From positions 61,940,001 to 62,004,000 of the forward strand of contig NW_024704742.1 of NCBI RefSeq assembly GCF_018977255.1: a DNA stretch of 64,000 nt. Direction: 5' to 3'. The stretch is from Callorhinchus milii. Lineage: Eukaryota. The position numbers were made by a program, and so were the translations under genes. The notes beneath the pieces are model-generated. The model was given only the letters and a program-made list of their open reading frames with translations. It was not told where the DNA came from and did not search any database. Shown here in pieces: positions 37,406 through 50,196 of this stretch; within the stretch, counting starts at the first letter, position 1, and every line of letters begins with the position of its first letter.

Positions 37406-38894
37406 GTTATTGGTTTCAAGGTATATTGGTAGGGAAATCCATACAACCAATCTGCACAGAGTAGTGAATAATCAGTTTGTCTGGAGGATTGCTAGCCAGG
37501 ACATTGGGAGAAACCATTTTAAAGAATTGATGTTCAGACATTCAAAGGATTGAACTGGACACATCCATTGGAAGAAATAATGCATAAGAGTTCCATAAAT
37601 TCCATAAAAGTTAGATCAAAGTCATCTACCACAAAGAAAATTCTTGGTTAGCCTCGTAAGTATAGTATTACAGTTGGATGTCAGCCTAGAAATGATCAAC
37701 TCATTCTCCTTCAATGAATTGTTTCCCTATTTCTCTCCTTAGGCTAGTGAGTGAAGTAGACAGTAGTCAACAGTGGTCAGTCCTCTCAGCCAAAAGGCAG
37801 AACCAACCTGGCCTAACAAGCGAGCATCCAAGCAATGATCTCTAACAAAATTGCAATGTCCCTGGCTCAGCTTATGTAAAGGTGTGATTGTGCTAGAAAG
37901 CTAACAGGTGAAGATAAAACGAAGGTGAAAGAAATACAAAAAAAGAAATATGGCAAATTAGCTCTTTCCAATATGGCAAGTACCACTGAAGTGAACTGCT
38001 TTTGTTTTTGTAAAGGGTGAATTGTGTATTAAGTTAATCACCCTATATTGCTTCTTGTATATATTTCAATAAATGTGAATTGTAAATGACAAGCATTTTG
38101 CATGAAAGATTTTCTTTACAAAGAACAATCCCTCAAATAAAATTGAGCATTCATTTCATGGTTGTTTGTGGGACATTGCTGTGTACAACAGGGCTGCCAA
38201 GTTTGCCTACAAGTCCAGAAGTCATTCCATTTCACAGCAAATCCAGCAAAGCGGTTTGAGAGGTCTTCCTGATGTGAAAGGTGCCATACCAAATGTGAGG
38301 AATATTATTTTATTATTCTTCTTCTTTAGTTTTGTAAAGGATGAGTTGTGTATTAAATTTATAATGCTGTCACTTTTCATATGTATTTCCATCAATGCAA
38401 ATTGTAAATGACGAACATTTTGTATGTTTTTTTTTAAAAAGTGCAATTCCCCCAGACTCCCACCTCCATATTTGATTTTTTTTTGCATTTCATCTTGCTC
38501 CCTCTCTACAGAGTATGGTGTGTAGTAGACAGGGAAACAACTGTCAGACACTGGGAGTATCAGTTGCATTGGTTCAAGGTCTTATCTATTATTGCAGCTA
38601 TATTTTCTTTCTGATAATCCTGTGTGCACTGAATCTTGTAGCAGTCGTTTTGTCTTTTAATGAGCGTCACTGGTCATTCTTATCTCTTTACTTTCCTCTT
38701 CTTCAAATGTTTTTCAATGACTTTTTATCTGGCCTTACTTTTACAAAGATTTCCAGTGCTGATGAATTCTTCCATACTTTAAAGCTGGTCTCTGCTTTGT
38801 GCGGGAAAATGTATCAGAGTTTGTGGATGAATTTCTAGATTTTTACAAATTGAAGCATTTTCTATAAAAAGCCTTGATCTGTTTCTAGGCTGAA

Positions 38895-38895
38895 T

Positions 38896-38928
<33 letters not shown>

Positions 38929-39035
38929 GTCCTTGCATTTGATATAGGGCCTTATCACACTTTTGAGATGTCTCAAAGCACCTCGCAGAATATACTGTAA
39001 AGTGAGTTGACTGTATATTTTGTGGATGAAACGCT
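38895..39035 (-). mobile_element. SINE 3' fragment
   Basis: (AAT)n-CCTTGCATTTGATATAG...ACTGTAAAGTGAGTTGACTGTATATTTTGTGG. Confidence 0.8.
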
Positions 39036-39447
39036 GTGAATATGTTTGAAATGTATTTGATATGACGCTTTCTTACAATTTCCAGAAGTGGAGTTGATAG
39101 GATTCTGAGCTTTTTTTTGCACTCTTTCCTTTCCTGTTTCTGTATATACATATGTATTTATGTATTTGCCGACAAATGCACATTCAATACACTTTACAGT
39201 AAATCCTATTAAGATACCTTCCTGAAATGAAAGGTTCTGTATCAAATGCAAGAATTATGATTTATTTTATTGATGACTATTAACAGCTTTACACTGCATT
39301 TGTGGTGAATGTGATAACTATGCTGGTGACAGTACCACATGTCACATTGTTTCCCCTATATATATATTTTTAAAAGCAGCTGTTATAATGTTTATGGAAG
39401 TATCTACAATTATTCACTGTGAAAGTCGTAACTTTCAGGAATGTACT

Positions 39448-39805
39448 AATCTAGGCAGACACTCCATTGCAGTGAAGTGGTGTTCAACATTGTTGGACGT
39501 GCCGTTCTTCAGATGACACTGAACTGAACAGTTAAACTGAGTTCCTGTCTGCGTGCTCAGATGGATATTAAAGATCCCATATAACCATTCAAAGAGAGAA
39601 AGGAGTTTCTCGCAGCGTTCTGGCGACCAATCCCCCAGATACAAATTCATGATTCACTGCGTGGTTGTTTGTGGGACATTGCCACGTGCAAGCTGGCTGC
39701 CATAACACCTCCAAAATATACAATTAGTATACTTCAGAGGAAATGGTATGTAACTCTTTGATGTCCTTTGATGCTACATCAAATGCAAGGATTATTACAT
39801 TTATT
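39448..39805 (+). mobile_element. old Deu-domain SINE
   Basis: CTAGGCAGACACTCC...TTGGACGTGCCGT...TTAAAGATCCCAT...GCAAGGATTATT. Confidence 0.7.
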
Positions 39806-40434
39806 ATATCACTAGCTGTACCCATTGCAGTTACATTTGCAACCAAAGGATCCAATCTGAAATGTAGATTGACACACAGACAGACATTTCATCTTTATCT
39901 ACACTCATCTGGGAGGAATCCTTTTGGGAGGACTCAGTGGGAGGACTCGGCACTTTAAACATGTTATTTTGTTGTTGTTGCCATGTCTTTATTTGGTTCC
40001 CGCCACTTGGCTACGTGTGTGCTCTGTGACACTGGATGGCACAGAGCCATGGTCAGCCGGCCTGGCTACTAGATGTAACTGCAGCAAAGAACGCAAAACT
40101 GAAAATAACTCATGAATGATAGAAGATACCCCAAAACAAATATGATGTCACTCCCAGGTGCAAGACCTTTCTGATGAAGGTAAATCATGTCTCCACGTCA
40201 ATCGGTTATTGAGATCCTTCTTGAAGCGCAAACAGACATTGTTGTTTCATTAGTATAAATATACATATGACGATAGAAGAAGATTCTCCTGTGTTCATTG
40301 TCAGCTTGTCCCACAGTCAATAATAATAATCCTAACATCCTTGCATTTGGTATATTCGGGAGGATGTCTCAAAGTACTTTATACTGTGAACTGGATTTAA
40401 TGCCATATTTAGCATTTATACAAAGAGTATAAAG

Positions 40435-41802
40435 AGCTTCTCCTCCCGCTCTCACCCGATTACCTGCGGGGTACCCCAAGGATCCATCCTTGGCCCCTCC
40501 TCTTTCTACATGCTCTCTCTTGGGGATGTCATCCACAGAGATGAGGTACATTTCCACATGTACACGGACGACACCCAACTCTATTTTTCCACCTCTCTTT
40601 GCGACCCCCAGTCCCCTGCTGTTCTGTCAGCCTGCCTGTCAGATCTCAGGTGCTGGATGAGCGCAAATTTCCTTCAGCTGAACGTTGACAAGACGGAAGC
40701 CATACTCTTTGACTCTCGTCAACGTCTAAAATCTCACAGCTCTCACCTCTTCCACCTACCTGACCTCCCACTAAAACTCTCCGAACCCACATGCAACCTA
40801 GGCATCAGGTTCGACCCCCAATTATCCTTCCTCCCTCACAACCCCCTCCCCACAGTGGAGACCTGTAGCTCAGTGGTTAGAGCACTCGCCTTGCAAGCGA
40901 GACACCTGAGTTCAATTCCAGGCCGGGCAAAACCATGGGCAAGTTTCCTTACTCCACACACCTAATAATAATCCTAACAAAAACAATAATGAATTGGTCA
41001 TTTTCAATCCACGACTGTTTGTGGGACACTGCTGTGCGCAATTGGCTGCCGCGTTTCGCCCACAAATATACGGTCAATTCATTTTACAGTCTATTCTGTG
41101 AAGCGCTTTGAGACATTGAAAAGACGTGAAAAGCGCTATATCAAATGCAAAGATTATTATTATTATTATCCGGTCCCTCACCAGCACCGCCAATACCTCT
41201 CTCCGAAAACCTCTGAAACCCTGGTGCATACCTTTGTCACCTCTCGGCTCGACTATTTTAACGCCCTCCTTGCTGGTCTCCCATCCACTACCATCCATTA
41301 AATCCAGATCATTCAAAACTCTGCCGTCCGCATCCTCACCCACACAAAACTCCACTCCCTGATCACCCCAGTCCTTGCCAGACTGCACTGGCTGCCTATC
41401 CCAGAGAGGATCGATTTCAAGATCCTCACCCTTGTATTCAAGACATTGCACTCCTCTGCAACCCCCTACCTCTCTGACCTCCTCTCTCCTCAAAACAGTG
41501 CCCGTTGCCTCCGTTCCTCCGGGTCTGGCCTCCTCCTCGTCCCCTGAATCCTCCGCTCCACCCTCGGGGGCAGTGCCTTCAGCCACTATGCCCCGAGACT
41601 CTGGAATTCCCTTCCTCACTCCCTTCGCCTCGCTCCCTCTCTTCCTATTTTCAGGTCCCTGCTGAATACCTTTCTTTTCGGCTGCACCTTTGGTCACCTC
41701 CTCCCCCTCCCCCTGGCTCGGACCCGGGATCCGTTTCTGTAAAGCGCTCTGAGACGCCGTCCGGCATGGAGGGCACTATATAAATCCAAGTTGTTGTTGT
41801 TG
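40435..41802 (+). mobile_element. L2 LINE fragment (family B), decayed RT, interrupted by a SINE
   Basis: GVPQGSIL, FHMYTDDTQLY, LQLNVDKTE, VHTFVTSRLDYFNALLAGLP motifs; 3' end matches 56705-57182. Confidence 0.92.
40857..41169 (+). mobile_element. tRNA(Ala)-derived SINE, full length, tail type B, nested in L2
   Basis: Complete head, body and tail; L2 sequence continues on both sides. Confidence 0.92.
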
Positions 41803-42169
41803 AGTAGTGCATTTAATTCAAACTATAATTTTAATCAATTTTACCTACAGTTATCTACTAAAGCTTATAATGACCAGTCCAAAGTATTTTATATTGGAAT
41901 TTGCGGTATTGAACACTTTGCACTTTGGCATTAAGCACCCAGTTATTTAATCCACTCAACAGCTCTATTCCATAATGTTAACAAACATTATGCATCATAT
42001 TTTACTGTTCAATGGAGCATGGTTAGTTGTTATAAATATTCTGTTTCTTGGTCGATTCGGTTAGATCTGTGGATCTAAGTATTTGTAAGTTCTTCCAGGG
42101 TCATGTTCTTTGGCATGTAGACGCAGAGAGTATGTTAACTGATAATTTATGACATTGAATGATCACAAT

Positions 42170-42252
42170 AATTTACTGCAGTGAATCACTATTTTAAATT
42201 ACTGCAGTAAATTATTATTTTAATTTACAGCAGTGAATTATTATTTTAATTT
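42170..42252. repeat. minisatellite, 3 x 26 bp with palindromic core (AATTTACTGCAGT[A/G]AATT)
   Basis: Units 42170-42195, 42196-42221, 42222-42247. Confidence 0.85.
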
Positions 42253-43159
42253 GGCTACAATGAATTGATCAGGAGTTGCTGAATCATTGATGGTGGCCAG
42301 AATAAAATAGGAACATCACAGATTTCAGCAAGTTTGTCACTTTGAAAAATGTGTGTCAGCGGCGATGTAAATTTGTGTTAACTGACACGTGTTGGATAAA
42401 ACAAACTATGTGGCAAAGCTCCTCCACTGGCTCAATGATAACAACAACAAGAACAAATTACATTTGTAGAGCATTTTTATATCGGGAGGACGTCCCAAGG
42501 TGCTGAATGCCAGCATGGTACAGCAAGTTTCTAGGTTCGATTTGTGGTCTGCAATGAGTTGCCCCTTGCTCTTGATCTTTATCCAGCAACACACACAGTA
42601 AAGTGTGTGTGTGGATATTGGGTATGAAAGGAATTGGACTTCCATTGAAAGAATGAAAGCTAATAAGTTGTAGGCAAAGGAAAGATAAATGAGGGAAAGC
42701 TGGAGTCCTGGAACTAACTGGAGATTGAATGGGAGTAGAGAGAGAGGGAGAGAGAAAAGCAGAAAGAAGTCAGCGTACTGAATGAGAGAAAGTGAGAGAC
42801 CTGGAGATAAATGGTCAGTGAATGAGAAAGAGACAGCCATCGAGAAAGGAAGTTAGAGAGATGTAAATGTCAGAGAATGAATGGAGGAGAAGCGTGTAGA
42901 GAGAAACAAATCTCCTAGAGAGCTGTTATTAGCTAAAACGTAAATGGAAAATAACGTGGACAACAATGCTTTGACCCCAACCTCTAGAATCTGCTTTGAA
43001 ACACTGCATTTTCCATACCATTTAGTGCAGAATCAAATCCATTTATGCTGTGGAACCTGTCGTCCAGATGGCCCTAAAGTATATCAGTTATAATCTTCAT
43101 AGACATGAGAGACTATCTAGACTTTAACTTCATCAACTTTGCTGGTTCCAAACCTACAT

Positions 43160-43822
43160 CATAATAATAATAATAATCCTTACATTTGATATGACATCTT
43201 ATTTAGTTGGCAAGATGTCTCAAAGCACTTTACAGAATACATTGTAAAATAGATTGACTGTATTTTCTGAGCGAACACGGCAGGCAGCTTAACAACATAA
43301 GAACATAAGAAATGCTAAGATGAAAAAAGACCAAGGTTAATCTAGTTTGCCTTCCCCTTTCCTGGCAGTCACATGCACATATGTCCCAAACTATCTATGT
43401 ACTATATCCCATAAGGTTATTTCGTAAAAGAAAACTATCTAATCTATGCTTGAAAAAATCAACATTTCCTGCTTCAACCGTCTTACCTAGGGAGCCTTTT
43501 GTTTGTGCACACCAATTTCCCACAAACAGCCATGGAGTGAGTGGCCAATTTTATTTGGGGATTGTTGGCCAGGACACCAGGAGACACTCCCTTCTCTTTT
43601 TGAATAGTCTCATGGGAACTTTAACATCTACCCGAACTGGCAAACAGAACCTCGGTTTACCATCTCATCCGAAGGATGGCACCTCTGATAATGCAACACA
43701 CCCCTAGCAGTGCATTGGAGTGCCAGCTTAGACTATGTAATTCCAAGTCTTGACATGGGGCTTGAACCCATAACCTTGTGACTCAGAGGTAACAGTGCTA
43801 CCACTGCTCCAGACTAACACAC
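43160..43822 (-). mobile_element. full-length Deu-domain SINE interrupted by a CR1 3' end (~43293-43495)
   Basis: Well preserved core AACCTCGGTTTACCATCTCATCCGAAGGATGGCACCTC and head; insert begins with the CR1-type (AACATAAG)n tail. Confidence 0.75.
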
Positions 43823-45986
43823 GGCTGTTTGTGGGACATTGTTGTACATAAACTGGTTGCTGTGTTTGCCTACAAATTACACAATCATTACACTTCACAG
43901 TAAAATCCTGTAAAGCAACTTGAGATGTCCTCCCTACGTGAAAAGTGCTACATCAAATGCAAGTATTATTATCATTTTATTCTTTAATATACTGTGCCTA
44001 CTAGTACTGTTGATTTTGTACTGTTTGTTTTCCATCACATTGTTTATTGTGCTCCTCTATTTTATGAATGATACTATAGTTATTGATCTTCCAAACTCTG
44101 TCATTCTTCCCTAACTTCAGAGATGTTAACCAACAAGCTTGTTCTCCTCATGGCACTCTCTCCTATTCCAAGTCATTCTATCCAAGGATGTCCAGACTAT
44201 GAAACTCCTAACCTCTCTCAGTCTTCCCTTCCGCGTACAATCAATAGGCTTTTAGAATCCAATTTGACATCAATCACCACTTCTTCTTGATGTAGCTTGT
44301 TTCTCTGTCACTCTTATTAATCTTAATTGTGCTCTGAACTATTGGCCTCGGCCTTTCACCTAGGCTCTCCATTAAAAATATGAACAATAAGAGCAGCAGC
44401 AAAAGCACAGACCCTGGTTACAGGACATACAAATCCGCCTGTGAAAAATACTCCCAGTCCAGTAAGAGAGGTTGTGGTGTAAAAAAAACACCACATTGAC
44501 TCGGACACACTCTTATACAAATTTATCTTTGATGCTCTCAGTTCTCATACATTTTGTACACTTTACCAGTTACCACTGTGATAATGCATCAATTAAACAA
44601 AAATATACAACAAAAGAATTTAGACGCCTTCCCCCACCTTCCCCAAAAGCGCCTGTGATTTTTCCGAAGTAAATCAGGGCTATTTCTAAAATACCAAATG
44701 GAAACGTTTTTAACGGTGTCACTTTCAGACCCGAAACCAATCGATAATTATCTTTTTAAGTTGCCACATTTCTTAACCGATCCAATGTGACATTTTTCAC
44801 ATGAAAAAAACAATCCGCTGAGTGAGTTTGGATTTTTGCACTCCAAGGTTTTTAAAATTGCTTTGAAGAATTGGTCTTAAGTTTGCACCCGTGCAATAGA
44901 AACCGGCCTGCTGCCTCGAAAACAAATTGCATAAAGTAACAATTTACTGCGTGAAGCCATTACATTGTAACAATCTATTAAGCTGTACCTTTCACGAGAC
45001 TGCACCAGTGCCTGCACAAATTTCAAAAGAATGCATTAGCTTCTCCATAGCCTGCGGTCAATGTCAGGAAAATTTATAACACCTCCCCCAAAGCGACTTG
45101 TTGCTGAAATGTCTGACATATATATTAGGTGGAGGGATACGGCATAAATTATAATATAAATACTCTTGTGAGTTTTTACTTCTTGAAAATAACAGCAAAA
45201 ACAAATTGCATTAAAGAAAAAGACAATCATGCGTATAATTCAATTTCTGCAGCAAGATTAGGACTGGTGATATATGATGCAAAGCACCAAATGGCTCACA
45301 ATATCTCTGTTGTTTGGAACACATGCAACAAAACAACAGCAAGGAAAGGGAGAGAACCATGGTGTACTTATGGTAGGTGTGTAGTACAGTTAGGAGAGCA
45401 CAATCTGGACACTAGTAGTGGGGAAAAATTCTACCCAAGTCTTGATTTACTCTATTTACATAGCATTTCAGAGTGTCAAGAATCTGGCAACTAGTCTGTG
45501 CCAGTGTTTATACTTCACATGAGCTTCAGCCCATCATAATCCTCTCTCCCTATTCCCTCTAATTCCCTTCTCCATCCTGTATTCCCATAAAATCAATGAA
45601 ATATAACCACGGCTTATTCATAAGCACATCCTGGCATTCTGACATTTTAAAAAAAAATTGTTTGTTCACTTTCCAAAAGTACTATTTTTTTTGAACGGGT
45701 GTTGGAATAGCATCTCACACTGCGTAAAACATTACATGAAAAGGCCACATGAATGAAACACTGTTTTAAAATCAATCTACAAATTGAAACAATCTCAGCT
45801 GATTCAGGCATATGTTTTAATGACAACAACTCGCATTTAGATAGCGGCCCTCACTCATTGTAGCATCCCAGAGCACATTAATTGTGTGATGCCCATCAAA
45901 CAGCCATTCAAAANTTTTAAAATACATTTAAAATGTGAATAAACTTTTTTATATAAAAGCGAACATGCGGTTATATTGATTTAATT

Positions 45987-46290
45987 GGAGTCCTGTAGCT
46001 CAGTGGTTAGAGCACTAGCTTTGCAAGCAAAAGACCTGGGTTCGATTTCCAGCAGCGTGAAACCTTGGGCGAGTTTCCTTACTCCACACGCCTGATAATA
46101 ATCCCTCAAACAAAAAAAAATTGGTCACTTCAATCCAAGACTATTTGTGGGACATTGCTATGCGCAATTGGCTGCCGCATTTCGCCCACAAATATAGTCA
46201 ATTCACTTTACAGTCTATTCTGTGAAGCGCTTTGAGACATCTAGAAGACGTGAAAAGTGCAATATCAAATGCAAGGATTATTATTATTAT
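45987..46290 (+). mobile_element. tRNA(Ala)-derived SINE, full length, tail type B
   Basis: Head GGAGTCCTGTAGCTCAGTGG, B box GGGTTCGATT, tail GAGACATCTAGAAGACGTG. Confidence 0.92.
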
Positions 46291-46649
46291 GAATTGAGGT
46301 TACGGGATACAGGATGGAGAAGAGAATAGAGGGGGGAAAGGATTTCACCCAGGGTTTTGGTAAACCTTGGCTAATGTAATGTGTGCACTACAATTGTGGG
46401 ACATTGTTGTGTTCAAATTGGCTGTGGCTGTAGATTAGCAAACTGTCTGTTGATAAAGTATCTATCCATTAATAAACTCCCATTGATCAGAGTGACAGCT
46501 GTTTTGTGTGCCTGCAGATGTAACAGTGATATGAATTCACTATTGTACAGCAGGGTTCACTCCTAGAACTGTGGGCTTTTGAAGCAATCTCTGCATTTGA
46601 GGAGTGAAGAAAGTATTTCTGGGTAAACTAAGGAATTAATTGAAATCCA

Positions 46650-46912
46650 GAACCTCCGCTCCACCATTGGTGGCCGCGCTTTCAGTCACTATGCCCCGAA
46701 GCTCTGGAACTCTCTCCCCCAATCCCTCCGCCTTGGCCCCTCCCTCCCTCCCCAGTTTCAAATCCCGCCTAAAAACCTTCCTCTTTGATCGTGCTTAAGG
46801 TCACTTCCCTCCTCACTCTCCCCCTGATTCGGGGTCAGACCCTGCCACTGTCAAGCGATCCAGGACGCTACCCAGCATGAAGGGCGCTATATAAATGCAA
46901 GTTGTTGTTGTG
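46650..46912 (+). mobile_element. L2 LINE 3' end
   Basis: GGTGGCCGCGCTTTCAG...CTCTGGAACTC...TTCCTCTTTGA...ATAAATGCAAGTTGTTGTTG. Confidence 0.85.
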
Positions 46913-47664
46913 GTAGAACATTTATATCACAGGAAGAGCTCATTCAGACCATTATATTTGGCAGATACTATAATAATCCTTGTATTTGGCAGGTACTAGC
47001 TTCACCACTTTACAGTATATTCTATGAAACACTTTGAGGCATCCTGAAGATATATAAGGGCCTATATCAAATGCAAGCATTATTAATTATTATTATATCA
47101 GTTTTCCTCATGTTTTTACCTAATTCCATTTTCCAATACTGTATTTGCTCAGGAGTCACATACAAGAAAGTGTGGCAGTGAATGTGCCATATCTCTAGCT
47201 CATACAATTTTGCCCCTTTTTGCTCCTTGTTAATGAAATGGAATAAAATAATTATAAATGTCAAAAATTAACAATCCACATAAACTTCTACATAAACTGT
47301 ACCTAAAATGATCACAACACCCCCAAAATAAGCTTAAAATACATTCTGCTCTAAAAATATGAATAGAAATAAACATTTGTGCGATGTCCAAAAGTGTAAG
47401 TGGTTCATTTAACAAAAAAAATCAGCAGAATTGGAAACGAGGGGATCTAAACTGCTGAGTTTCGAATAATGTTCCTTAAAGCGGGATTTCCTTTAGAAAG
47501 TCGAGCGGTCTCCCAGGAACGATGCTCCAGAAGTTTATCATGCTGGACCCAAGTTCCCATGGGTGGGAGAGCCATATTTTTCATTATTTGAAAGGGTCCC
47601 TATTTGCATGCCTCAAATTCCCTACAGGGAATTTGAAATCCCACATTTTACTACAAGTTTCCCC

Positions 47665-47935
47665 CTTGGCCAATAACTCCCCTAAATAAAAAATTGGCCA
47701 TTTACTTAATGGCTGTTTGTGGGACATTATTGTGTTCAAATTGGCTGTGGCTGTAGATTAGCAAACTGTCTGTTGACAAAGTATCTATCTATTAATAAAC
47801 ATGCATTGATCGAGTGACATATATTTTGTGTGCCCGCAACACCCAGTCACTACACCTTACAGTATATCCTGTGATATGCTTTGAGGCATCCTCTTAACAT
47901 TAAAGGCATGATATCAAGTGTAAGAATAATGATTA
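47665..47935 (+). mobile_element. old SINE 3' half with an internal templated insertion
   Basis: Standard body to AATTGGCTG (47747), foreign segment, then CAGTCACTACAC...tail. Confidence 0.7.
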
Positions 47936-48700
47936 TAAGTTAATTTATAATGATGAATCAGGTAAATTGTCAAATAATTTAACTTCTGAGCTTTTTGATA
48001 AATCCAACTTACCTAGTTTATCAATAGATAGATACTTAGTCAACAGATGGTTTGCTGAGCTACAGCCACAGCCCCTAAGTAATACAACAATGTTATGAGT
48101 TCAGTGTAAGCCTTATGTTAGCTGCTTTAGGTCACAAAAGTGGAGCTTGCTTAACAAACTATAAAAAATTGAACATCACTATAAAGTATATTTATGTACC
48201 AGTGCTTTGCATATGTCATTTGCCTGAGCTCTATACACGGAAATAATTAGCACATTGTAAGGAACTCAGTGGCAGAATTTGTTCAGTTGGAAGCCACATG
48301 CTTCCTGTCATTAAAGCTATATCATGTCCTTCCTTTTCTATTAAAATCCACCTCAAGTTCAGAAGTCAATCTTTAGCTGGGCCAGCGAGAAGCCATTAAA
48401 AAGGAAATGTCTGTCTTATGAAAGGGTTTTGGCTCTCTACTGCCAGGCCTGATTTAATACTATATTAAGGGTGTTGAAAGATACAGGAGTACAAGTCTGT
48501 TTTGCATGATATAAGATAAGTATTGTTAGCAAACACAGATTTTGAAGTTACACTTACCTGTTTAATACCTGAACAGATAAGTAACGCTTCCAGCTGTTAA
48601 AAATGGTCTGTTTTTAAATACACAAAAGAGGCAAAAGAAAATATCTTCCAATGACATAATCCAAACTCGATTCCTGTACTTTTACTGTTTCAGATTCTTA

Positions 48701-49018
48701 TAATAGAATAACAATAATCCTTGCATTTGATATAGCGCTTTTCACATCTTCTCAACTTCTCAAAGCGCTTCACAGAATAGACTGTAAAGTGAATTGACTG
48801 TATATTTGTGGGTGAAACGCGGCAGCCAATTGCGCACAGCAGTGTCCCACAAACAGTCGTTGATTGAAAATGACCAATTTATTATTGTTTTGTTTTGGAG
48901 GGATTATTATTAGGCATGTGGAGTAAGGAAACTTGCCCAAGGTTTCGCCCTGCCTGGAATTGAACCCAGGTGTCTCGCTTGCAAGGCGAGTGCTCTAACC
49001 ACTGAGCTACAGGATTCC
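48701..49018 (-). mobile_element. tRNA(Ala)-derived SINE, full length, tail type B
   Basis: Complete head, body and tail. Confidence 0.92.
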
Positions 49019-49949
49019 ACGCTTCCTCAGCAGTCTCATTGAAAATCACTCTCATCTCCAGCTCATTCTTTGGGTGCTGCAATAGATGTTTGCCTTTGAT
49101 CTCTGTGGCTTTGGGAGACATCTTTGAACCTTTTTATGGAGAAAAACGTGATATTTCTCAGTAAACTAATGAACAGTTTTTACTACAATTTTACGGATAG
49201 ATGTGATATTAAGTAAAAAAAGTTCCGGCCCTTTAAATGTCAGCAAATAAGGCTCTTGTGAAGTAAAGATTGCTTCCTTTGAGAGTGGTTTAGAAGCCAA
49301 TGTTAAAATCCCTTCGCTCTGCCTCCTGCAATTACATTTCCGCAGGAGGAAGGAGAGCGAATTAGAAACAGGATAATCGGACCCTAAATCATAGCTTTTA
49401 GCCGCCTTCGAGCTGAGAGCATTCAAATTTCCTTATAACTTTGGCCTCATATTGTGTGTTGTGACACAACAAAAGCATAGCAACTTGCTTGACCTTTCCT
49501 CAATAAAAAATCATTTTGTTCCGACATGCTATAAAATGTGTGCATTAGCCCACTAAGCCTTTACGTCTACTTCAATCGGCATGGTTAAATTAATGTAAAC
49601 ACACACTCAGGACCCATTGGAAAGACTTGACAGCAACAGTTGGCAATCTGACACATAATTCCTTTCTTCTAAGAGGATTATATTAAAATTAAAATTGATC
49701 CTTCACTCCAGTGACGTTTGTGGGATATTGCTATGCGCAACTTGGCTAACACATTCAAAAGTCACTATACTTTACAGTATATCCTGTGAGCTCCTTTGAG
49801 ATATCATGCCAATGTGAAAGATGCTTTATCAAGTTATTCTTACTAACATTAACAGTTACACATCTGCTACACATATTGAATACTATAATTTTTTTAGCGT
49901 GTCCAGTTATTTTCTAGATTTTCTAACCTGTATGTATGCTTCAATGCTC

Positions 49950-50196
49950 ATGGGTACCAGCCTCCTCATACTGAGGTGTGTTTCCATCAGTGCTGGTTGC
50001 CCTCTGATACCCCACCCAAGTGGCTATTGTTCGTGTGTGAGTATTGGTAGTGAGTGTCAACAGGCCACTTGGCCATAGAAAGCATCACAACTGAGCCTGA
50101 CCTCTCCCCGGATGGCTGCCACACACACGCACTATCAGTAGAGGGTGCTGAACAGGGACAAGAAACAGGAACCTGATTTTAACCTCCCTATCCCCC
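49950..50196 (-). mobile_element. second old SINE-like family, fragment
   Basis: TACCCCACCCAAGTG...CATCACA...CTGACCTCTC...CAGGAACCT shared with 55135-55440. Confidence 0.6.

Noticed and set aside
44600..44885. CpG-containing segment ending GGTCTTAAG, possibly an old DNA-transposon fragment
   Set aside because: No matching second terminus and no second copy in the window; cannot be supported.
45914..45914. Single N base
   Set aside because: Assembly ambiguity with no biological meaning.
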